This document shows positions 54,404 to 64,000 of a stretch of DNA of 64,000 bases, piece after piece; positions within the stretch are counted from its first letter, which is position 1, and every line of letters starts with the position of its first letter. The translations under genes were made by a program, and so were the position numbers. Location of the stretch: NCBI GenBank assembly GCA_951406725.2, contig OX597824.1:79484001-79548000 (forward strand), written 5' to 3'. Below the pieces are notes generated by a model. It was not told where the DNA came from. It saw only the letters and a program-made list of their open reading frames with translations, and searched no databases. Source of the DNA: Octopus vulgaris (Eukaryota).

Positions 54404-54957
54404 AACGGATGGTGGCACATAAAAGCACCATCCGTTCGTGTCCGTTGCCAGCCTCACCTGGCCCCCGTGCCGGTGACACATAAAAGCACCATCCGTTCGT
54501 AGCCGTTTGCCAGCCCTGTCTGGCCCCTGTTGGTGGCATGTAAAAGCACCATCCGTTCGTGTCCGTTGCCAGCCTCGCCTGGCCCCCATGCCGGTGATAC
54601 GTAAAAGCACCATCCATTTCGTGGCCGTTTGCCAGCTCTGTCTGGCCCCCGTGTTGGTGGCACGTAAAAGCACCATCCGTTCGTGTCCGCTGCCAGCCTC
54701 GCCTGGCCCCCGTGCCGGTGACACGTAAAAGCACCATCCATTTGTGGCCGTTTGCCAGCTCTGTCTGGCACCTGTGCGGGTGGCATATAAAAAGCACCCA
54801 CTACACTCACGGAGTGGTTGGCGTTAGGAAGGGCATCCGGCCGTAGAAACACTGCCAGATCTGACTGGGCCTGATGAAGCCTTCCAGCTTCACAGACCCC
54901 AGTTGAACCGTCCAACCCATGCTAGCATGGAAAACGGACGCTAAATGATGATGATGA
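54404..54957 (+). mobile_element. SINE family C with six ~60-bp tandem units
   Basis: TAAAAGCACCATCC(G/A)TT repeated at ~60-bp period, then core and tail. Confidence 0.9.
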
Positions 54958-55407
54958 TATATATATTTCCACTTCTATCATACATACATATGTGCCACTG
55001 TTTATATACATTTTCCACTGCTAATTATTATATCCATTTATATGGTTAATATTTGACTGCATTTTACAATTTAGACTATTATGGTCACCAATATCTGAAA
55101 GAAACAGTGCTAGTGAATACCTATGCATGTGAACATATTTCTCTTCATATGTGTTCAGTAGTTATCTGTATTCTATACCACTAACAATTGTAGCCACCAA
55201 TATATGGAAATATATTCTACTACTATGCCATTGTGTGTTTCCGTATGTGAACATTATTTCTATTGCATTTAGCTTTTCATTTGCTGTGTTTACACAGAAT
55301 GCAGAATGTTGAATAGAGGTGGGTGAAGTTGCTAATATTCAAACAACTTGTGAAAAGAACAAAGGATCTCTATATTTTCCCTAGTAACTATGAACAAAAA
55401 GACTTAC

Positions 55408-55449
55408 ACTTCTTATAATCATGAGTTTCAGAGATAACAGAGCAGAAAC
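55408..55449 (-). CDS. Weak candidate 42-nt exon
   Basis: ttgtttgcttgtattattgcttag|G ... T|gtaagt. Open in two frames. Splice signals are the only evidence. Confidence 0.2.
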
Positions 55450-55545
55450 CTAAGCAATAATACAAGCAAACAAGACTTCAGAAGTTCTGTTTCTTTCACC
55501 AGTTAACTTTAAGGACCAGATCTACTTCAGTCATTATTGTCTATA

Positions 55546-55936
55546 GGCGCAGGAGTGGCTGTGTGGTAAGTAGCTTGCTTACCAACCACATGGTTCGGGT
55601 TCAGTCCCACTGCATGGCACTTTGGGCAAGTGTTTTCTACTATAGCCTCGGGCCGACCAAAGCCTTGTGAGTGGATTTGGTAGACGAAAACTGAAAGAAG
55701 CCTGTCGTATATATGTATATATATATTTGTGTGTCTGTGTTTGTCCTCCCAACATCGCTTGACAACCGATGCTGGTGTGTTCATGTCCCTGTAACTTAGC
55801 GGTTCGGCAAAAGAGACCGATAAAATAAGTACTAGGCTTACAAAGAATAAGTCCTGGGGTCGATTTGATCGACTAAAGGCGGTGCTCCAGCATGGCCACA
55901 GTCACATGACTGAAACAAGTAAAAGAGTAAAAGAGT
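55546..55936 (+). mobile_element. SINE family A
   Basis: Full-length copy. Confidence 0.9.
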
Positions 55937-58597
55937 GTCCCTAAAAATTTCAGTCAACTGATCTTATAGCATTTATTTCCCTTGCTGTTTTTTTTTTTCC
56001 GTAATCAGAATTTTTGTCCTTTAATTACTGGGATAATGCTAGTTGATTGAAGATTTTCAAATCATTTATATTACATAAGTGAAACTTTAACATGTTTGTG
56101 TTTAGTATGTAGAACACTTCCCAGAGGTATTGTAAGCCAGCCATATTGTTAAGCTTTACAAAACCTGTGGCTTGTACATAAAAATGGCTGAAGTAGCAAT
56201 AAAAAGAATTGAATATACTCCATTGTAAATAATTAAAGCCGACAATTCCTTAGAGTATACAGCTATCATTATTGTATTCATATTATTTTCTTTTGTAATA
56301 GTGTAAGTACTCTTGGCTTTATCTTTTATAAGACTTTCATTGTACGATTGTAATCAGAAGTGAAAATATGTCAGTTACAGAAAGAAAAAAAAATCTTGAA
56401 GAATAATAATTGTTATGAAATTATTACTCTCTTTCCAGTTCTTCTAAATATTGATCCTACTGGATAAGATAATTCCCATGGTCAGATGAGCAATGATACA
56501 ATAATGGGAGATTATATACCATACGTACCATTGAACACAATTTTGATAAAAGAAAATGATTAAAAAATAATTCGTAATCAACAAATTGCTGAAAATAATT
56601 TATTATAATGATAAAAAAAAATTCCTATTCAACAAACGGCAAGTTTGTTATAGGCGAGAGGTGCTAGCCTTCAGGTTTTGTGAGTAAAACTTAAAGGTTA
56701 GCTCCTAAGCTCGTTTCAGAGAAAGCAAGATGGATGATTGTATAGAGGAAAGGTCAAAAGATATTTCCAATGGCTGCGGCTTTCTAACACTTAACGACAC
56801 ATTAAGACCACATCTCAGCTCATGATTTATTTTTCTTTCATCATTCAATAATATCACGGACGATAACACATTCTTTTTCACCATCTTCTCGTTTGATTAA
56901 GCACACCTATCTCAATACTCCATTACTCTTAAACCATTCCCAATCCTCGTATTCCTCAAACACGTTTTCAACCCTCCTCCTCCTCTCTCTCTCTCTCTTC
57001 TATTTATCTTATATCTTTTCCTCCACCTCTATCTAAATTATTTAACACCCTCCCCACTTTATTCCATTATTCCTCCTCCTCATTATACTTTGTACATTGA
57101 AAACGTTTTATATGTACCTCTCTCATCAGTTTCTTCCTTTCTTCTTTCTCCTCCTCCTCCGTTTCTGTCTTTACTTTCGACTACTACTCACAGTCGTCTA
57201 TTCATTCCTCCCTCCCTCCCGCTCTACATATATTTTCATTCAAAACTCTCTCTCTCTCTTTATCTCTCTCTCTCTCTTTCCCACTAGCTCCTTTTCTCCT
57301 TTACTCTCTCTTTATTTTCCAAACTCATATTCTTTCTCTCTCCATAAATTCTCCTTCTCCTCCTCCACCCTGCCTTCTCCATGTTTGCTCTTTCACTCTC
57401 TCCTTACTTTTTATTCTCTCCCTCCTCTCTCTACTACTACTACTACTACTGCTGCTGCCATTACCACTACTATTTCACTGTAGACCGGTTCCTGTCTCCC
57501 GCTCTTTCTGCACTGGATAAGTTGCTTCCCATGCCCAGATCTCCCCCCCTTCCTTCCTCCCTCCCTATGTTTTCATTTCTTTCACCAGTTTCTTCCTTTC
57601 TCTTTCTCCCCCCCACATAACACCATGTCTCTCTCTCTCTCTCTTTCTATGTGGTGAGGAGCTTTGTTTTAACTCTCTCTCATCAGTATTTTCCTTTCTC
57701 TTCCTCTCTCCACTTTACATCATACCTTTTTCTCGCATCAGTTGTCTTCTTTTCTCTTCTTCCACACTTAACATCATACCTCCTTCACTTTCTATGTGTT
57801 TTCTTCCTTTCTCTTCTTCCCCCTCTTTACATCGCATTAATACTCACTCTCTTCTTGTCCATCACTCCCTCTCTTTTCTCATTCTCATTTCTCTCTCCCT
57901 CTCTCTCTCTCTCTTAACCTTTTGTTCTTTATCCTCCTTCTTTCTTCCTACCGAGCCGCTACAATTGAAATGTTTTCACTTTACCTCTTATTAAATATGA
58001 GACAGCTTCTACGTGGTCGTTCAGCTTGCTAGAAAGAATAGTTAAACCTACCCCATATTACACCCTACAGTTTTTTTTTACAAAATAAGGGCACATTGGG
58101 TAAATGTATCTTCAAAAAAAAAAATAAAACAAAAAGCGTGAGATGGTCACGACAAGAATCCTCTTTTGATGATAGGTTTGTACAATCAGAGCTGACCTAG
58201 GGTTAAACAACAGCGACTGCTTTCTCCCCTTCTTTCCTTTTACCACTACCACCACCACCACCACCACTGCCGCCGCCACCACCACCACCGCTACTACTAC
58301 TGCTGCTGCTGCTGCTGGCTTCATTCAGAATTTTATGTTTCTCTTCTAATAGAACGAAAGGTCCTCCATGTCGATCTGCTAGAAATAGCAGACAAGATCT
58401 CCTTTGGAACTACCCTAACGCCCTTCCCCAGACTGCTATCTTAAAACGGAAAGGGGATACTGGACAATATAGTATTCATGGACGTATAAAAAGTCAGGGG
58501 GCTCACGGCTGGAATGCTTTTGATAATAGCTTTGTTGGGTCAGCACTGACTTGAGGGGTTGGGGACAAGACAACAATAGCGAAGGCTCAACGCCGTA

Positions 58598-59770
58598 CGC
58601 CGAGGTCGACTTTGCCTTTCATCCTTTCGGGGTCGATAAATTAAGTACCAGTTACGCACTGGGGTCGATATCTGTCCTTGTTTGTCCCCTCTGTGTTTAG
58701 CCCCTTGTGGGTAATAAAGAAATAATTATAGGCAAAGCTCCCTCTAATGCATCACTGTAAGAACATATTGGACAATATAATAGTAATATCTGAGATACCA
58801 AAAGTAAGACAGGATGGTCGCAACAGGAATGTCTTTAAATATAGTTCTGATTTGGCTGGGCTAATCAGAGGTTAAAACAATAACTACTACTACTACTACT
58901 ACTACTACTGCTGCTACTGTTGCTGCTGGCAGAATCGTTAGCACGCCGGGCGAAATGCTTAGCGGCATTTCGTCTACCGTTACGTTCTGAGTTCAAATTC
59001 TGCCGAGGTCAACTTGCCTTTCATCCTTTCGGGGTCGATAAATTAAGTACCAGCTACGCACTGAGGTCGATGTAATCGACTTAATCCGTTTGTCTGTCCT
59101 TGTTTGTCCTCTCTGTGTTTAGCACCTTGTGGGTAGTAAAGAACAACACCACCACTTGCCTTTCATCCTTTCGGGGTCGATAAATTAAGTACCAGTTGCA
59201 TACTGAGTCGATGTAATCGACTAGCCTCCTCCCCCAAAATTTCAGGCCTTGTGCCTAGAATAGAAAAGATTAGGGCGGTAAGCTGGCACAATCGTTAGCA
59301 CGCCGAGCGAAATGCTTAGCGGCATTTCGTCTGCCGCTACGTTCTGAGTTCAAATTCCGCCGAGGTCGACTTTGCCATTCATCCTTTCGAGGTCGATAAA
59401 TTAAGTACCAGTTACGCACTGGGGTCGATGTAATCGACTTAATACCTATGTCTGTCCTTGTTTGTCACCTCTATGTTTAGCCCCTTGTGGGTAATATTCG
59501 TCTGCCGCTACGTTCTGAGTTCGAATTCCGCCGAGGTCGACTTTGCCTTTCATCCGTTTGGGGTCGATTAAATAAGTACCAGTTACTCACTAGAGTCGAT
59601 GCAATCGACTAGCGCCCTCCCTCAAAATTTCAGGCCTTGTGCCTATAGTAGAAGAAAGGATTATTATATTTCGGGGTCGATAAAATAAGTACCAGTTGAG
59701 CACTGGGATCGATATAATCTACTAGACTGCTTCCCCAAAATTTCAGGCACTGTACCCTATGGTAGAAATA
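58598..59770 (+). repeat. Cluster of about six family D units with two alternative tails
   Basis: Repeated TTCGGGGTCGAT..AAGTACCAG. Tails are either GTCTGTCCTTGTTTG..GTGGGTAATAAAG or CCCCAAAATTTCAGGCCTTGTGCC. Confidence 0.88.
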
Positions 59771-60149
59771 ATTATTGTGGTAACTAAACACTAGCTCTGC
59801 TTAGCCCTCTTATTGTAATGCATACGCTTTCTTTCTCTACTCACTATTCATCTTACTCTTTCTAATGCACTCACTGCTTCATCTTTATCTTTTCCCTCAT
59901 TTTTCGTCACTTTGTTTTCCTGTCATGTTTATTTCCTGTTTTCTATCTACATGGTTTATAAATAAATAAAATAACTATATATATATATGAGAGAGATCAC
60001 TTACATGTATATGAATACATACTATATTCGTATAGTATTTATCTATACACATATTCGTACGTTAATACACACGTACATATGAGACAGAGACCTACGATTA
60101 TCATTCGACATAAGTCTTTGTGTGTACTTAACTACACACTTTCTGTTTC

Positions 60150-60177
60150 ATTCATCTATCTATCTATCTATCATCTG

Positions 60178-60253
<76 letters not shown>

Positions 60254-60254
60254 A

Positions 60255-60339
<85 letters not shown>

Positions 60340-60520
60340 ATCTATCTATCTATCCATACATATATCTATCTCTTACTTACGTGTGTGTGCTATCTATCTA
60401 TGTATATATGTATATCTATGTGATATCTATATATGTATACATATATATATATCTATGTGATATCTATATACGTATATATAATATATATATATATATATGT
60501 ATATATAATGTGTGTGTGAT
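60150..60520. repeat. (CTAT)n and (TA)n microsatellites
   Basis: Direct inspection. Confidence 0.95.
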
Positions 60521-62239
60521 GGTGGGGGTAAAGGAACGTGTAGACAAAAAAATGACAGATACTGTAAAGTACAGCAAAGTGATAGAGGAAGATATTATAT
60601 TCGATGTCCACCCCTCTTTCTTTCTCTCAATCTAGTTATCTCCGTATACATGATACCATAGCGAATAGTCTCATGCAGCCAACCTTTTCTACACCACTTT
60701 AAATACCCAATCTATCTGTGATATACACACGCACACACACACATATATATAAGACTTCGCCATATTTTATATTCGCTCTCTCTCTTTCTCTCTCTCTGTC
60801 TTACTAACTCTTTCTTTCTGCTATCTCTCTCTCCTCCTCCTCCTTTAATATTTTCATTAGTTATTCCTCCTACTCTCACTCTGTCCCATGTATCATTTAC
60901 CTTCTCTTCCTCTCGCTCATCTGCTTGCTTCTCCTCTCTCTTTCGTTCTTCTACTTTCTCTTCCAAACCTACCGCCCTTCCTCTCTCATTTTCTTTTACA
61001 TCTCTTTGTCTTCTTCACTGTCGTGTCACCCTCCATTATTACCTTTTATTTGGCGCCTCTTTTCTTAGCAATTTCACACAATTACACTGTCTCCAGTATG
61101 GCTATTTTTCTCATTTTTGTACTATCTTTTTTTTCTCTCTCTCTCTCCCTGTTTATCCGTTAAACATCAAAGACAATACAAGAGAGAATGGAAATTATGT
61201 TAGAAGAAAGATTTATAGATTTCGTAAATTAAATAATATTTGTGTCAAAACATCGATGTTTAATTCTTGAACTAATTCTATATGAAAATGTGTTACCTAC
61301 ATTATCAGACTATCTACTTAGCTTATATCTAGCTATGTATTTATCAATGTAGCTATCTGTCTATCCATTTAGCTATCTGTCTTAATTTATTCATGCAGCT
61401 ATATCTTTAACTATGAATATCAATGTAGCTGCCTTTATCTAGCTTTATGAACATAGCTATTTGCCAAAGTGTCATCTACTTATATAGCCCTTTGCCTATT
61501 CATATTGCTAACTATATTTTTCCATAAATATCTATCTACCAATGTGTATCTGTCTATCTATTAGTGTAGCAATCAGTCGAATTGGCTACATACGATTATA
61601 TATCAATGTAGCAGTCGGTCTATTATGACCGGTATCTCAATTCGCGCTCTTTTTCTGAAGTCATTTAAATTACGATTGTGATGTAAAGGGGAGATAAAAA
61701 AGATATCAGTCCTTCGTGTTACCCCCCTTTACAATTCTTGCCTGAAGGTGGTATGTTGTTGCTCAACCCCCTAGAAATAGCAGTCAAGTCTCCTTCAAGT
61801 TACGTCTACAATCCTAAAAAAAAAAAAAAAGGAAGGCTACGTTGGATAATGTAGTCCACGGTACATTGAACCTGAGAAAAAAAATGGGATGGTTTCGCCC
61901 CATACTGTTTGTCAGAGAAGTAAAAGTAGTACCCATGACCCAATTTCTTTTTCCTGGGTTTCCAAGACTGGTAGGTGGAAAGTAGAAGGTATATGCTCTT
62001 GCAACTGAGTGAACTCTGCTCAGGGACCACCAAAGATCTTAGAACGTAAAGAGCAAGAACAAATATTGTAAGTCATCTCATCCTGGAGGTTAAACCAATT
62101 ATTAATAATTGTTATCTCAAGTAAAATGAATTTGGGTACCTTAAAAACAACCTCAAAGAATATTCTCTGTTTCATCGAGGAAGGGTAATGTTAACGAAAC
62201 ATGTACGGAGTTGTCTCCCATAAGCGTCAAACCACGACG

Positions 62240-62506
62240 AAAATATTCTTTTACTTGTTTCAATAATTTGACTGCAACCATACTAGAGCACCACCTTAAA
62301 GGGGTTTTTTAGCCTAAGAAATTGACCCTAGGACTTATTCTTTGTAAGCTGATTTCTTATTCTATCGGTCTTTTTTGCCGATTGAATAAGAAATCAGCTT
62401 GCAAAGAATAAGTCCTAGGGTCAATTTCTTAGGCTAAAAAACCCCTTTAAGGTGGTGCTCTAGTATGGTTGCAGTCAAATGATTGAAACAAGTAAAAGAA
62501 TATTTT
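62240..62506. repeat. ~267-bp fold-back of a family A SINE 3' half
   Basis: Arms nearly identical, short loop near 62370. Confidence 0.95.
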
Positions 62507-62790
62507 TGTCCTAATTATATAGGACCACCAAGAGAAAGAGGACAGAAGAGGCGACGCCTTGAATCTCCAATTCCATTACCTATGTGGAATGTTTGGGATC
62601 AGTGTATGACAGGAATTGCTCATATTACAAATAGTTTAGAATCTTACCACAGCGTTGCTGAAAAACACAGTGAATATTAGTCATCCAAATATCTGGAAAC
62701 TTATTGATGTGTTTAGATGTGAGGAAAGGTTTGCCAGTACCAAAGTGCATACGTTTATGCAAGGAGAAGAACGAAGCCAAAAGAAAAGAT
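62507..62790 (+). pseudogene. MULE (Mutator-like) transposase fragment
   Basis: NYIGPPR..RRRLESPIPLPMWNV..HITNSLESYH / NISHPNIWKLIDVFRCEE matches animal MULE motifs YIG..FP..WN..RTNN..E.WH..HPNIW. Frameshifted. Confidence 0.75.
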
Positions 62791-62793
62791 ACC

Positions 62794-63634
62794 AGGAGTG
62801 GCTGTGTGGTAAGTAGCTTGCTAACCAACCACATGGTTCCGGGTTCAGTCCCACTGCGTGGCATCTTGGGCAAGTGTCTTCTGCTATAGCCCCGGGCCGA
62901 CCAATGCCTTGTGAGTGGATTTGGTAGATGGAAACTGAAAGAAGCCTGTCGTATATATGTATATATATATATATATGTATGTGTTTGTGTGTCTGTGTTT
63001 GTCCCCCTACCATTGCTTGACGACCGATGCTGGTGTGTTTACGTCCCCGTCACTTAGCGGTTCGGCAAAAGAGACCGATAGAACAAGTACTGGGCTTACA
63101 AAGAATAAGTCCCGGGGTCGATTTGCTTGACTAAAGGCGGTGCTCCAGCATGGCCACAGTCAAATGACTGAAACAAGTAAAAGAGAGTAAAAGAGTAAGT
63201 AAATAAATAAATATATATACTCCCTTTATTCTTTTACTCTTTTACTTGTTTTAGTCATTTGACTGCGGCCATGCTGGAGCACCACCTTTAGTCGAGCAAA
63301 TCGACCCCGGGACTTATTCTTTGTTAGCCTAGTACTTATTCTATCCGTCTCTTTTTGCCGAACTGCTAAGTCATGAGGACATAAACACACCAGTGTCAGT
63401 TGTCAAGCGATGTTGAGGGGACAAACACAGACACACAAACACACACACATATATATACATATACATATATATGATGAGCTTCTTTCAGTTTTCATCTACC
63501 AAATCCACCCACAAGGCTTTGGTCAGCCCGAGGCTATTGTAGAAGACACTTGCCCATGGTACCCCGCAGTGGGACTGAACCCGGAACCATGTGGTTTGTA
63601 AGCAAGCTACTTACTACACAGCCACTCCTGCGCC
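62794..63634. mobile_element. Tail-to-tail pair of family A SINEs (62794-63196 plus, 63228-63634 minus)
   Basis: Homology to family A. Confidence 0.9.
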
Positions 63635-63958
63635 TATAGATAAATAAATAGATATATAAATATATCTATTACACACCTGTGATAAATATAAGACATAGAG
63701 ATAGATAAGATAAATAAATAAAACTATATAAAGGGTATGAAGCGAACCCATACAAACACGCATACATGAAATTTTATGGACAGCCATAACAATGTCAACA
63801 ACACAACTAACAACGTCAGTCGCAGCAGTAGTGCCAACAATGGCAATAACAACAAAACCTACCATGATGGCAACATCGTGGGCAAACACATATACACAGA
63901 AGAATACAGGAACTGTACTATATATTTTTTGGGCGGGGTCTGGGGACAGCAGCAGTAT

Positions 63959-64000
63959 GCCATCCAAGAATTTGGACCTGGAGATCTCCATTTCCAGCGA
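63959..64000 (+). mobile_element. Start of a third copy, runs off the window
   Basis: GCCATCCAAGAATTTGGACCTGGAGATCTCCATTTCCAGCGA. Confidence 0.8.

Noticed and set aside
54416-54800. CRISPR-like periodic repeat
   Set aside because: The intervening sequences are homologous to each other, the context is a eukaryotic SINE, and there are no cas genes.

Overview
AT-rich, repeat-saturated animal genomic DNA. The microsatellite load and the tRNA-derived SINE families look like an octopus/coleoid cephalopod genome (inference). Almost every ORF in the supplied track is a microsatellite or SINE artefact. Supported content: three candidate coding exons of an unidentified minus-strand gene (22564-22445, 8713-8578, 6093-6008), so most of the left half is probably intron; at least five SINE families, several copies with target-site duplications (TSDs); CR1-like and RTE-like LINE remnants; hAT, piggyBac, Tc1/pogo, Helitron and MULE remnants; two dispersed 5S rRNA copies; and two promoter-like motif clusters. 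Most interesting: both 5S copies are joined to the same type of CR1-like LINE/SINE 3' tail (5S retro-chimeras or a SINE3 candidate); that tail keeps a stem-loop with compensatory changes; several Penelope-type hammerhead ribozyme motifs; a ~195-bp headless structured retroposon with a fixed 5' end; and several long fold-back palindromes.
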